A DNA stretch of 64,000 nt, from the NCBI GenBank assembly GCA_038040175.1, contig JBBPIT010000009.1, positions 6,931 through 70,930 of the forward strand, written 5' to 3'. Shown here in pieces: positions 44,855-54,621 of the stretch (position 1 is the stretch's first letter; each line of letters starts with the position of its first letter). The translations under genes and the position numbers were made by a program. Source of the DNA: Pseudomonadota bacterium. Its GTDB lineage: Bacteria; Pseudomonadota; Gammaproteobacteria; Burkholderiales; JACQAP01. The notes below the pieces were generated by a model. That model did not search any database, was not told the DNA's origin, and saw only the letters and a program-made list of their open reading frames with translations.

Positions 44855-45881
44855 CGCGTTTTTGATGACGATGGTGGCGGCAAGCCTTTGCGGTTGCGCA
44901 AACATCGGCTACTACTTCCAGGCGGTGGGCGGCCAGATGGAAATCTGGAACCGCAGCCGGCCGATCGAAAAGCTCGTCAGCGACGAACGCACCGATGCCA
45001 GGCTGCGCGAGCGGCTGTCGCAGGTATTGAAGGTACGGGAGTTCGCCAGCCGAGAGCTGGCGCTTCCCGACAACCAGAGCTATCGCAAATATGCGGATCT
45101 ACAGCGACCGTTCGCAGTCTGGAACGTGTTCGCGACCAGGGAGTTCTCGATCGCGCCGGTCGAATGGTGTTTTCCGTTTGCCGGTTGCGTGGCTTACCGC
45201 GGTTATTTCAGCGAGCAGGGTGCCGAACGGTTCGCCGCCGAACTGCGCTCAGAAGGGCACGACGTATTCGTCGCCGGCATTCCCGCGTACTCGACGCTGG
45301 GATGGTTCGATGACCCGGTGCTGAACACCTTCATCTTCTACCCGGACGCCGAAATCGCGCGGTTGACGTTCCATGAGCTTGCGCATCAGGTCGTGTACGT
45401 TGCCGGCGACACCGTGTTCAACGAATCCTTCGCCACCGTGGTCGAGCTGGAGGGCGTGGATCGCTGGCTTAGCCGGGCAGGCACCCGGGAGCAGCGCGCT
45501 GCATTTGACGCCATGCAGGAATACAAGCGCGGCTTCGTCGAACTGGTGATGAAGTTCCGCGGCAGGCTGGGGCAGTTGTATGCCTCGCCGCTGGCCGAGG
45601 AAGAGAAGCGTAGGAAGAAGGCCGAGATCTTCGCTGAGCTCAAGGCGGAGTACCTGCAACTGAAAGAAAGCTGGAAAGGATTTGCGGGCTACGACCGGTT
45701 CTTTGCGGGTGAGCTGAACAACGCCAATCTGGTGCCGGTGGCGACCTATTCGGAGCTGGTGCCCGCGTTCCGGCGCCTGCTTGCCGAGAACGGCGGCGAC
45801 TTCAAGCGTTTCTATGCGAAAGTGAAGGAAATCGGCAAGCTGCCGAATGACCGGCGACATGCGCGGCTCGCCGGGAAGTAA
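44847..45881 (+). CDS. Predicted lipoprotein aminopeptidase (COG4324-like, HExxH)
   Basis: Internal ATG of ORF 44718..45881. MRSAFLMTMVAASLCGC contains a lipobox. The motif is LTFHELAHQVVYV. Confidence 0.65.
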   Translation: MRSAFLMTMVAASLCGCANIGYYFQAVGGQMEIWNRSRPIEKLVSDERTDARLRERLSQVLKVREFASRELALPDNQSYRKYADLQRPFAVWNVFATREFSIAPVEWCFPFAGCVAYRGYFSEQGAERFAAELRSEGHDVFVAGIPAYSTLGWFDDPVLNTFIFYPDAEIARLTFHELAHQVVYVAGDTVFNESFATVVELEGVDRWLSRAGTREQRAAFDAMQEYKRGFVELVMKFRGRLGQLYASPLAEEEKRRKKAEIFAELKAEYLQLKESWKGFAGYDRFFAGELNNANLVPVATYSELVPAFRRLLAENGGDFKRFYAKVKEIGKLPNDRRHARLAGK

Positions 45882-45891
45882 GGAGGAGACC

Positions 45892-48087
45892 ATGGGTGAG
45901 AACGTTTTCGTGTCCAGGCGCCGGTTTCTCAAGACCGGCGCCGCTGCGGCGGCGGGCCTGACGGTTGCGGCATACTTGCCGGGCTGCTCCGGAGAAGCGC
46001 CGCCGAAAGCCGATGCGCCGTTTGCCCCGAACGCCTGGGTGCGCGTGCATACCGACGGGTCCGTCACCGTGATGGTGGATCGCTCGGAGATGGGTCAGGG
46101 CGTCATCACCGCGCTGACCATGCTTGTGGCGGAGGAGATCGACGCCGACATGAACAACCTGCGCTACGAGCAGGCGCCCGCCAACGAGATCTACTCGAAC
46201 CCCGTGTTTCCTGTGCCGGTGCAGGTCACCGGGGGTAGCGCCACGGTGCGTGCGGCGTGGATTCCGATGCGGGAGGCCGGCGCCAGGGCGAGAGCGATGC
46301 TGGTCGCGGCGGCCGCGCAGCAATGGGGCGTGAAGCCCGATTCCTGTCGCACCGAGAACGGCCGCGTGATTCACAATGCGTCGGCGCGCTCGATCGGATA
46401 TGGCGATCTCGCGATCATAGCGGCGACGCTGCCGGTGCCCAAGAGCGTCGCACTAAAGGACCCGACGAAATTCCGCCTTATCGGCAAGGCGATGTCGCGG
46501 ATCGACACGCCGGAAAAGGTGACGGGCGAAGCGCAGTTCGGCATCGACGTCCGGGTGCGCGGCATGCTCACCGCGGTCGTGGCGCGCTGTCCGGTCTTCG
46601 GCGGCAAGGTGAAAAGTTTCGACGACGCGCAAGCGAAAGCAGTGCCGGGCGTGCGCCACATCGTTGCGATCGAGTCGGGCGTAGCCGTCGTAGCGGACAA
46701 CTACTGGTCGGCCACCAAGGGTCGCGAGGCGCTGCAGGTGACCTGGGACGAAGGCGCGCATGCGACGCTGAGCACTGAGGAATTGAAGACGCGGTTCAGG
46801 ACGCTCGCGGCCCAAGGCGAGGCGAAACCGGCGCGCAACGACGGTGATGCGGGCAAGGCGCTGGGCGGTGCGGCAAGCGTGACGGAAGCAGCCTACGAGC
46901 TGCCCTTCCTCGCGCACGCAACGATGGAGCCGATGAACTGCACCGCGCACGTGGAAAAGGATCGCTGCCGCGTCTGGGCGCCCACGCAATTCCAGACCGG
47001 CTTTCCGATGTTCCTGAACGGCGGCGCCCGCAGCGTGGCGAAGAATATCACCGGACTGCCGGTCGAAGCGATCGAGGTCCATACCACCCTGCTTGGCGGC
47101 GGTTTCGGCCGCAGGTTGCAGTCGGACTTCGTCGCCGAGGCGGTTGAAGTTTCCAAGTCGGTCGGCGCGCCGGTCCAGGTCATCTGGTCGCGCGAGGACG
47201 ACACCGCGCACGATTTTTACCGGCCGATGAGCTACCATGAGCTCAAAGGCGCGCTCGGTCCGGACGGGCTGCCGGTCGCGCTGCATCACCGTATAGTGGC
47301 CCCGTCGATCATTCTGCGCGATCTTCCTTCCTGGATGCCGGCGTTTGCCACCAATCTGCTCGGCGCCACGCGCGACGGCGTGGACGACAGCGCGGTGGAA
47401 GGCGCGTTCGACATGCCTTACGCGATTGCCAATCTGCGGGTGGACTGGGTGCACGCGGAAACGCCGGTTCCGATCGGCTATTGGCGCTCTGTCGGCCACT
47501 CCTACACGGCGTTCGTGGTCGAGAGCTTCATCGACGAACTTGCCGCCGCCGCTCGACAGGATCCGTTCGAGTACCGCCGCAGGATGCTGGCCAACGCGCC
47601 CAGGCATCTGGCGGTACTCGAGCTGGCGGCCCGGAAAGCCGGGTGGGGCAAGCCGCTGCCCGAGGGCCGGTTCCACGGCATCGCGTTGTCGCGGTCGTTC
47701 CTGACCTACGTCGCCGAAGTAGCGGAAGTCTCGGTCGAGAACGGCGTCCCGAAGGTGCACAGAGTCGTCTGCGCGGTGGACTGCGGGCGCGTCGTCAATC
47801 CGAACATCGTCGAGCAACAGATCAGCGGTGGCGTGGTGTTCGGTTTGTCGGCGCTGCTGCACGGCGAGATCACGCTTCAGGACGGCCGCGTGCAACAGTC
47901 CAACTTTCACGACTATCCGGTCGTCCGCATGAATGAAGCGCCCCGGATCGAGGTGCATATCGTCGGCAGCACGGAAGACCCGACCGGCGTCGGCGAGCCC
48001 GGTGTGCCGCCGCTCGCGCCCGCGGTTTGCAACGCGCTGTTCCGGGCGACGGGCAAAAGAGTCCGGTCGCTGCCCGTCAGGTTGTAG
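45892..48087 (+). CDS. Molybdopterin-binding aldehyde oxidase/xanthine dehydrogenase-family large subunit (IorB-like), Tat-exported
   Basis: The ATG at 45892 is preceded by aaggagga. The Tat signal is [25 protein letters not shown]. The C-terminus [19 protein letters not shown] is typical of this family. Confidence 0.8.
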   Translation: MGENVFVSRRRFLKTGAAAAAGLTVAAYLPGCSGEAPPKADAPFAPNAWVRVHTDGSVTVMVDRSEMGQGVITALTMLVAEEIDADMNNLRYEQAPANEIYSNPVFPVPVQVTGGSATVRAAWIPMREAGARARAMLVAAAAQQWGVKPDSCRTENGRVIHNASARSIGYGDLAIIAATLPVPKSVALKDPTKFRLIGKAMSRIDTPEKVTGEAQFGIDVRVRGMLTAVVARCPVFGGKVKSFDDAQAKAVPGVRHIVAIESGVAVVADNYWSATKGREALQVTWDEGAHATLSTEELKTRFRTLAAQGEAKPARNDGDAGKALGGAASVTEAAYELPFLAHATMEPMNCTAHVEKDRCRVWAPTQFQTGFPMFLNGGARSVAKNITGLPVEAIEVHTTLLGGGFGRRLQSDFVAEAVEVSKSVGAPVQVIWSREDDTAHDFYRPMSYHELKGALGPDGLPVALHHRIVAPSIILRDLPSWMPAFATNLLGATRDGVDDSAVEGAFDMPYAIANLRVDWVHAETPVPIGYWRSVGHSYTAFVVESFIDELAAAARQDPFEYRRRMLANAPRHLAVLELAARKAGWGKPLPEGRFHGIALSRSFLTYVAEVAEVSVENGVPKVHRVVCAVDCGRVVNPNIVEQQISGGVVFGLSALLHGEITLQDGRVQQSNFHDYPVVRMNEAPRIEVHIVGSTEDPTGVGEPGVPPLAPAVCNALFRATGKRVRSLPVRL

Positions 48088-48142
48088 CGCGAAACCACGT
48101 TTGCGTTAAGAGATTCCGACGTACACTTGGCCGGAACAGAAC

Positions 48143-48649
48143 ATGGAGGGAAATGACGTGATCCGCTACCCGATGAAATTGCTTTGTGCCATGTTTCTCC
48201 TGGCCACACTGCTGCCGGCGGGCCTTGCCGTGGAAGGCCAACCGGCGAAGGTCGAAGCCGTGCTGCTCAACGGCGAGAAGGTGAACCTCGAGCGGTGGAA
48301 GGGAAAAGTCGTCATGGTGAACTTCTGGGCCACCTGGTGCGCAGTCTGCCAGACCGAAATGCCGGGCTGGCAGAAGTTCTACGAGGCCAACAGGGACAAG
48401 GGCTTCGAGATGATCGCGCTGAGCGTGGATGACGGCGTGGAAGAAGTGCACGCGTTCATGGCGAAGAAGCCGTATCGCTTTCCGGTGGCGTGGCGCTTCG
48501 ACAAGCAGGAGGATGACGACTTCCCCACCGTGCGCAGCACGCCGACGACCTACTTCGTCGACAAGCGCGGCAAGGTCGCGCTGAAGCACATCGGAAGAAT
48601 GTCCGAGGAATTCCTTAAACAGACCGTAGAAAGCTTGCAGCGCCGGTGA
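48143..48649 (+). CDS. TlpA-like periplasmic thiol:disulfide oxidoreductase (redoxin)
   Basis: 168 aa. [19 protein letters not shown] is the CxxC motif. An alternative start is MKLLCAMF at 48173. Confidence 0.8.
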   Translation: MEGNDVIRYPMKLLCAMFLLATLLPAGLAVEGQPAKVEAVLLNGEKVNLERWKGKVVMVNFWATWCAVCQTEMPGWQKFYEANRDKGFEMIALSVDDGVEEVHAFMAKKPYRFPVAWRFDKQEDDDFPTVRSTPTTYFVDKRGKVALKHIGRMSEEFLKQTVESLQRR

Positions 48650-48688
48650 ACGGCCTGCCCGGATAAGCCGGTGCTAGAATTCGACAGG

Positions 48689-48716
48689 CGGGGCCGTTCC
48701 GGCCCCGTCCTTTTTT
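48689..48716 (+). terminator. Rho-independent terminator
   Basis: CGGGGCCG-ttc-CGGCCCCG followed by TCCTTTTTT. Confidence 0.8.
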
Positions 48717-48731
48717 ACCCCGGGACAAGAA

Positions 48732-49211
48732 ATGAGCGACTCCTCCGATATCAATACGCTGCGCCGCATCCTCAAGCAGTACAAGACCATTGCCGTGGTC
48801 GGCCTTTCGGCCAACTGGTACCGGCCCAGTTCCTTCGCCGCCAAATACATGCAGGCGCACGGCTACCGCGTCATCCCGGTGAACCCCATGTACAAGGAGG
48901 TCCTGGGTGAGAAGTGCTACGCCTCGCTTAAGGACATTCCCGATAAAGTCGACATCGTGGATTGCTTCCGCAAAAGCGAAGACATCGAACCGATCGCGGA
49001 CGAGGCCATCGCCATCGGCGCCAAGGTATTGTGGATGCAGATCGGCGTGATGAACGAAATGGCGGCGGAGAAGGCGCGCAAGGCGGGGCTGGAAGTGGTG
49101 CAGGACCGCTGCGTCAAGATCGAACACGGGCGTTTGTTCGGTGGGCTGAACTGGGTGGGCGTCAACACCAAGATCATCTCCGCCAAGCGGCCTCAGTGGC
49201 TACCATATTGA
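48732..49211 (+). CDS. CoA-binding domain protein (YccU/YneT-like)
   Basis: 159 aa with ILKQYKTIAVVGLSANWYRPSSFAAKYMQAHGYRVIPVNP and VDIVDCFRKSE. Confidence 0.85.
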   Translation: MSDSSDINTLRRILKQYKTIAVVGLSANWYRPSSFAAKYMQAHGYRVIPVNPMYKEVLGEKCYASLKDIPDKVDIVDCFRKSEDIEPIADEAIAIGAKVLWMQIGVMNEMAAEKARKAGLEVVQDRCVKIEHGRLFGGLNWVGVNTKIISAKRPQWLPY

Positions 49212-49214
49212 GGC

Positions 49215-49383
49215 GGTGAACGGTAAATGGTGAATGGTGAACGGTAAGCGGTAAACGGCAAAAGCAAGAACAAATACCCGTGCACTGAATCGCCTTTCAC
49301 CTTTCACCCTTCACCCTTCACCCTTCACCCTTCACCCTTCACCTTTCACCCTTCACCCTTCACCCTTCACCCTTCACCCTTCA
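49215..49383. repeat. Two-armed heptamer-repeat element: 7 x GGTRAAN, 29-bp spacer, 13 x CC(C/T)TTCA
   Basis: Hand-parsed. The left arm 49215-49263 reads ggtgaac ggtaaat ggtgaat ggtgaac ggtaagc ggtaaac ggcaaaa. The right arm 49293-49383 has 13 contiguous heptamers (3 cctttca, 10 cccttca). It begins 3 nt after the CoA-binding gene stop and ends 10 nt before the metY ATG. Confidence 0.95.
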
Positions 49384-49393
49384 CGGCATTCAC

Positions 49394-50680
49394 ATGGCGG
49401 ATAGAGAATTCGGATTCGGCACCTTGTGCCTGCACGCGGGACAGATCCCGGACGCGGCCACCGGTTCGCGCGCGGTGCCGATCTACCAGACCACTTCGTT
49501 CGTGTTCGACTCGGCCGATCACGCGGCGAGCCTGTTCAACCTGCAGACCTTCGGCAACGTCTATTCGCGGATCTCGAATCCGACGGTGGCGGTGTTCGAG
49601 GAGCGCATGGCGGCACTGGAAGGCGGCCGTGCGGCGCTGGCCGCGTCGTCCGGCCAGGCGGCGCAGATGTGCGCTCTGCTCACCATCCTGCGCGAAGGCG
49701 ACGAAATCGTCTCGGCGAGCACGCTCTACGGCGGCACCTATTCGCAGTTCGACGTGACCTTCCGTCAGTTCGGAATCAACACCGTGTTCGTGAACCCGGA
49801 CGACCCGGAGAATTTCCGCAAGGCGCTTACCCCGAGAACGCGCGTCCTCTACGCGGAAACCATGGGCAACCCGCAGATCAACGTGCTCGACATCGAGGCG
49901 GTGGCGAAGATCGCCAGGGAAGCGGGTGTGCTGCTGGTCGTCGACAATACCTTTGCCTCGCCGTACCTGTGCCAGCCAATTAGGTTCGGCGCCGACGTCG
50001 TCATCCATTCGGCGACCAAGTTCATTGGCGGCCACGGCACCACCATGGGCGGCGTGGTGGTCGAATCCGGCAAGTTCCCATGGGGCAACGGCAAGTTCCC
50101 GATGATGACCGAGCCCTCGCGCGGCTATCACGGCGTGATCTTCCACGAGACCTTCGGCGACTTCGGCTACACCATGAAGTGCCGCATGGAAACCATGCGC
50201 ACCCTCGGGCCGGCGTTATCGCCGTTCAACGCCTGGATGCTGCTGCAGGGATTGGAGACTCTGCACGTGCGTATCGAGCGCCACGTCGCCAACGCGGTAG
50301 CGGTTGCCAAGTTCCTGGAGAACCATCCGCGGGTTTCCTGGGTGCACTATCCGGGATTGCCGAGCAGCAAATACCACGCGCTGGCGCGCAAGTATCTGCC
50401 CAAGGGCAGCGGCTCGATCATGACCTTCGGCATCAAGGGCGGCCTCGAAGCGGGCGTGAAGTTCATCGAGGCGCTGCAGTTCTGCTCGCACCTCGCCAAC
50501 GTCGGTGATGCCAAGACACTGGTGATTCATCCTGCGTCGACAACGCACCGGCAACTGTCGGAAGAGGAGCAGATCACCGCGGGTGTGGGTCCCGACATGA
50601 TCCGGCTTTCGATCGGCATCGAGGACGTCAACGACATTCTCTGGGACATCGACCAGGCGCTCGCCCAGTCGAAGACCTGA
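49394..50680 (+). CDS. metY: O-acetylhomoserine sulfhydrylase / aminocarboxypropyltransferase
   Basis: 428 aa with FGTLCLHAGQ, PIYQTTSF, NVYSRISNPT, ATKFIGGHGT and ANVGDAKTLVIHPASTTH. Confidence 0.9.
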   Translation: MADREFGFGTLCLHAGQIPDAATGSRAVPIYQTTSFVFDSADHAASLFNLQTFGNVYSRISNPTVAVFEERMAALEGGRAALAASSGQAAQMCALLTILREGDEIVSASTLYGGTYSQFDVTFRQFGINTVFVNPDDPENFRKALTPRTRVLYAETMGNPQINVLDIEAVAKIAREAGVLLVVDNTFASPYLCQPIRFGADVVIHSATKFIGGHGTTMGGVVVESGKFPWGNGKFPMMTEPSRGYHGVIFHETFGDFGYTMKCRMETMRTLGPALSPFNAWMLLQGLETLHVRIERHVANAVAVAKFLENHPRVSWVHYPGLPSSKYHALARKYLPKGSGSIMTFGIKGGLEAGVKFIEALQFCSHLANVGDAKTLVIHPASTTHRQLSEEEQITAGVGPDMIRLSIGIEDVNDILWDIDQALAQSKT

Positions 50681-50699
50681 CAGTCCTTAAATCGAAGGG

Positions 50700-50899
50700 C
50701 TCACCACGAAGGCACGAAGAACACGAAGAAATGCAAAAAGAGATCGCATTCAGATCTAGCATTCTCTGTGAATATTTGTGTTACTCGTATTTCGCCGGCG
50801 ATGTTTCTTTGTTGGCTTCGGAGTGACCGGGTGGCTGGCTCGGAGCAAAAACACTTCTCGCATCGTCTTTCTTCGTGTTCTTCGTGCCTTCGTGGTGAG
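50700..50899. repeat. 200-bp MITE-like element with perfect 32-bp terminal inverted repeats built of CACGAAG units
   Basis: ctcaccacgaaggcacgaagaacacgaagaaa (50700-50731) is the exact reverse complement of tttcttcgtgttcttcgtgccttcgtggtgag (50868-50899). The interior is AT-richer. Confidence 0.9.
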
Positions 50900-50956
50900 A
50901 CTTTCGGTTCTCCGTTGCGCCTTTGCGTTGAGGTTTATGGGTTCTGAGGGGCACGC

Positions 50957-52132
50957 ATGAAAGGCGTGGTGTGGCCATTGATCGTAACCATCGCCATCCA
51001 GGCGCTGGTGTCGATGGCGGTGTTCGCGCCGCCGGTATTCGCTCCGGCCGCACACGATGACATCGGATTCCCCGCGAGCTGGGTCGGGATCGTCACTGCC
51101 CTGACATTCGCCGCAGCCACTTGCGGGGCGCTCTTTTCCGGAGGGGTCATCGCACGGGTTGGCGCGCTGCGCACGAGCCAGTTCTCGCTGTTGCTGTGCG
51201 GCAGCGGTATCGCGTTGATGGCGAGTTCCAACGCCGGGCTGGTCGCGCTCGGGGCGCTGGTGATGGGCCTTGGGTACGGGCCAGTCACGCCGTCCAGCTC
51301 GGCGATCCTCGCAGACCGCACTCCCGAGCGTATCCGCGGCTTCATCTTCTCGCTGAAGCAGACCGGCGTGCCGATCGGCGGGACGCTTGCCGGAGCGATC
51401 GTGCCCACCCTGATCGTCGCTTTCGGCTGGAGGATATCGGCGCTGTCGGTGGGTCTCGCGTGTGTCGCGCTGGCCGCGGCGATCCAGCCGTACCGGGCCG
51501 TGGTGGATCTCGCGCAGCATTTCGATCGTCCGAAAAAGCCCGCAAGCCTGCTCGAGCCGCTGCGCCTGGTGCTCGCCCATCCGCGCCTGCGCGAGATGGC
51601 TTTCGCGTCCTGCACCTATTCCGGAATGCAGGCCTGCCTCAGCACCTTCCTAGTCGTCTATCTGACCCAGCGAATCGGATTTACCGTGCCAGTGGCCGGA
51701 GCGGCGCTGGCGACCGCGATGACGGCAGGCATCATCGGTCGTATTTCGTGGGGAGTCGTGGCGGACAACTGGGTGAAACCGCGGGCTCTGCTCGGCATTC
51801 TCGGCGTGACGATGTCGGTGGGAGCGGCGCTCACCGCGACGTTCACCGGCAGGTGGCCGCTCGCCGCCATTTTTGCGGTGAGTTTCGCTTACGGCGCGAC
51901 CGCGATCGGATGGAACGGGGTGTATCTCTCGGAAGTCGCTCGCATCGCACCGGCCGGCAAGGCCGGCGCCGCGACCGGGGCTTCGCTGGCGATGACTTAC
52001 GTCGGCGTCGTGGCTCTGCCGATGCTGTTCTGGGTGATCGTTACGCTTTCGGACAGCTATGCGACTGCGTTCGTCGCGGTCGGTTCGCTGACCCTGTGGC
52101 GGGGCGTGTTGTTGCTGAGGCCTACTGCTTGA
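50957..52132 (+). CDS. MFS transporter
   Basis: 391 aa with about 12 hydrophobic segments and a LADRTPERIRG loop motif. Confidence 0.8.
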   Translation: MKGVVWPLIVTIAIQALVSMAVFAPPVFAPAAHDDIGFPASWVGIVTALTFAAATCGALFSGGVIARVGALRTSQFSLLLCGSGIALMASSNAGLVALGALVMGLGYGPVTPSSSAILADRTPERIRGFIFSLKQTGVPIGGTLAGAIVPTLIVAFGWRISALSVGLACVALAAAIQPYRAVVDLAQHFDRPKKPASLLEPLRLVLAHPRLREMAFASCTYSGMQACLSTFLVVYLTQRIGFTVPVAGAALATAMTAGIIGRISWGVVADNWVKPRALLGILGVTMSVGAALTATFTGRWPLAAIFAVSFAYGATAIGWNGVYLSEVARIAPAGKAGAATGASLAMTYVGVVALPMLFWVIVTLSDSYATAFVAVGSLTLWRGVLLLRPTA

Positions 52133-52568
52133 AAGCGGATTGGCGTTTGGCCAGTTGCCAGCGGCCATCGCGCTTGACCCAGACATTCAGATATCTCAAG
52201 TCCGCCTTTCGGCGCTCGCCGCCGATCTCGAGATCGAGCCGCGTATCGCCGACCGTGGTCGCGATGTTGCCGTAGACGTTGACCTTCACGTCGTAGCGTT
52301 CGTAGCTGAAAATCTTCACCGTGCCGCCCATCATCTGCTTCACGTATCCCGCCTTGTCGTTGATCTTGCCGTTGGCCTGGTGGTAAACGAATTCGTCGGC
52401 CAGCGTATTGGCCAGCGCGTCGGCGTCGGTTCGCATCATCGCCTGGTAGCGGCGTTCCTCGACTGCATGGATGTCTTCAACTGCATCGGCGAAGGCGGGC
52501 AGGGATGCCAGACCCAAGCCCGCGAAGACGATTGCTGTCAAACGCTGGTGCCATGTTGCAATGCTCAT
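52122..52568 (-). CDS. Secreted NTF2-like/SnoaL-like (DUF4440-type) protein
   Basis: 148 aa. Signal ...GLASLPAFA, then DADALANTLADEFVYHQANGKI and YLNVWVKRDGRWQL. Confidence 0.6.
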   Translation of the reverse strand: MSIATWHQRLTAIVFAGLGLASLPAFADAVEDIHAVEERRYQAMMRTDADALANTLADEFVYHQANGKINDKAGYVKQMMGGTVKIFSYERYDVKVNVYGNIATTVGDTRLDLEIGGERRKADLRYLNVWVKRDGRWQLAKRQSAFKQ

Positions 52569-52661
52569 GTTCGTTCCTCCAGATGTCGTGTGTTGTAAGG
52601 CCCGTGCGTAAGCTGGTCAGGATTGTAGTCTCAAGCGACGGATGGTTGGTCGATACAACCA

Positions 52662-53543
52662 TCAGACGGCGTTTCCTTGAAGAAAGGCCTCGATGGCGGC
52701 GGCGAATCGTTTGGGTTGGTCGTGGTGCATCATGTGGCCGGCGTCGGCGATGGATTCTTCATGCAGCGAGCGATAACAGGAGCGGTAGCGGTCCAGCATC
52801 GACTTGTCGCCCTTCATCCACTTCATCATCCATTCGCCGTCTCCCCACAGCCAGAGCACCGGCGCGGTGATGCGCCGCCAGCAGGCCATCGCCTCCTCGA
52901 TGCGGTAGAGCACCGGATTCACCATTTTGTGGCAGGGATCGGCGCGCAGACGGATGTTGCCGTCGGGCATCTGCTCGGCCCAGTGCGGCGCGAGGAATGC
53001 GGCGCGTTCGTCGGTGATGCGCGGATTGTTGGTCTTGAGCCGGTGAATGACTTCTGCGAACGACGAGTAGGGGCGCAACGTCGGCGGCTTGCGGCATTCG
53101 TCCAGCCACTGGGCGTAGCGTTCCGGTGCCTTTTCCGGCTTGGTCGGCGGCAGACCGAAGCCTTCCGCCAGCACCAGCTTCCCGACGCGTTCCGGGCGGA
53201 TGCCCGCGTAAAGGTTGGCGACATTCCCGCCCATGCTGTGACCGACCAGACTTGCCGGGACTTCCGGCGAGAAATGCGACAGCAGCGCGTCGAGGTCGGC
53301 GATGTAATCCGGAAACCAGTAACTGTCGTTGGTCCACTCCGACAATCCGAACCCGCGCCAGTCCGGCGCGATCACGAACCAATCGTGCTTGAGCGCATCC
53401 ACTGCGAATTGGAACGACGCCGACACGTCCATCCAGCCGTGCAGAAAGAAAATTTTGGTTGCATCCGGATTGCCCCAGGTGCGCACGTGGTAGCGCAGGC
53501 CGCGGATGTCGAGAAACTGCGATTGGCTGACTTTCATAGTCAA
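52662..53543 (-). CDS. Alpha/beta hydrolase
   Basis: 293 aa with IFFLHGWMDVSASF and LVGHSMGGNVA (GxSxG). The TTG at 53543 or the ATG at 53537 could be the start. Confidence 0.8.
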   Translation of the reverse strand: MTMKVSQSQFLDIRGLRYHVRTWGNPDATKIFFLHGWMDVSASFQFAVDALKHDWFVIAPDWRGFGLSEWTNDSYWFPDYIADLDALLSHFSPEVPASLVGHSMGGNVANLYAGIRPERVGKLVLAEGFGLPPTKPEKAPERYAQWLDECRKPPTLRPYSSFAEVIHRLKTNNPRITDERAAFLAPHWAEQMPDGNIRLRADPCHKMVNPVLYRIEEAMACWRRITAPVLWLWGDGEWMMKWMKGDKSMLDRYRSCYRSLHEESIADAGHMMHHDQPKRFAAAIEAFLQGNAV

Positions 53544-53549
53544 ACACTT

Positions 53550-53697
53550 ACCGCAGAGGACGCGGAGTACGCTGAGGAAAAACTGAATGCGAGATGCAAA
53601 CCTGGGGAGTAAAACACGAAATTGTCAGAGTCTCTTTGTGACATTTTCCGATTCTTTGAGAAATTGATTTGCGATACTCCTCCGCGTCCTCTGCGGT
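53550..53697. repeat. 148-bp element with 18-bp perfect terminal inverted repeats
   Basis: accgcagaggacgcggag (53550-53567) pairs with ctccgcgtcctctgcggt (53680-53697). The interior is AT-richer. It fills the spacer between two minus-strand genes. Confidence 0.9.
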
Positions 53698-53709
53698 GAG
53701 CGCTTATCG

Positions 53710-54621
53710 CTACTCCTGGCCGGTCATGGGTTCGACTTCTTCGTGCCGGCGGATGCTGAGGTAGGACAGGATCGCCAGCGCGACGCCGATCAGCAGCATG
53801 CCGATGAGCTCCGACTTGCCCGGTTCTTCGCCGAGCTGCAGCCACGATGCGACGATCGCAATTAGCGGGATTCCCAGCGAAGACAGGCTGGTGGTGCCCG
53901 CCGGCAGCCGATGCAGCACATACAGCCACGTCAGCCAGCCGATGCCGGTCGCGAGTACGCCGTTGAACACCGCGGCAAAGATGAAAGTGCCGGTCCAGTT
54001 GACCGGCTCGCGGTCGAAGATCAGTTGCGCGATCAGGATCGGAATCAGCCCCACCAGCATCTGCCAGAAGGTGAACGACAGCGCGTCCACCGGGGCGCGG
54101 TTATGCAGGCGCTTCGCATACACCACGCCGATGGCCCAGCACATGCCGGCCAGCACCGCCAGGGTCTTGCTGAACATCGAAGTGTGCATTTCCCAGGGTT
54201 CGAGCACGAAGACCAGACCTATCGCCGCCAGCACCACCGCTACCCACTGCAAACCGCGGATGCGCTCGTGCAGCACCGGCCAGGCAAACACCAACACCCA
54301 GAAAGGCATGGTGAAAACCAGCACCGAGGTCTTTCCGGGGCCGCCTTCTGACAGCGCCCAGGTGTTGAGGATGATGAAAACGAAAGTCTGGATCAGCCCG
54401 ATGAGTATTAGCGCCGGCCAGTGCTGTGGCCTGAGCGAGGATCGTGTCCACAGCAGACCGATGAGCAGCGTCAGTACGCCAAGCTCCACGCGAATCGCAG
54501 CGAAGTCCAGCGGACTGGCGTAAAACAGGCCAAGCTTGGAAGTGATCCAGCTGTAACCCCACAGGATCACTAGCAGGATCATCGCGATCACCGCCCTGCG
54601 GGTTTCGCGTGCGCCGGTCAT
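53710..54621 (-). CDS. EamA-family (DMT) transporter
   Basis: 303 aa with 10 hydrophobic segments and duplicated EamA halves. Confidence 0.85.
   Translation of the reverse strand: MTGARETRRAVIAMILLVILWGYSWITSKLGLFYASPLDFAAIRVELGVLTLLIGLLWTRSSLRPQHWPALILIGLIQTFVFIILNTWALSEGGPGKTSVLVFTMPFWVLVFAWPVLHERIRGLQWVAVVLAAIGLVFVLEPWEMHTSMFSKTLAVLAGMCWAIGVVYAKRLHNRAPVDALSFTFWQMLVGLIPILIAQLIFDREPVNWTGTFIFAAVFNGVLATGIGWLTWLYVLHRLPAGTTSLSSLGIPLIAIVASWLQLGEEPGKSELIGMLLIGVALAILSYLSIRRHEEVEPMTGQE

Noticed and set aside
49293-49383. Heptamer arrays as a possible CRISPR array.
   Set aside because: The units are 7 bp and contiguous, with no spacers. There are no cas genes. The arrays occur as inverted arms in many short intergenic spacers.
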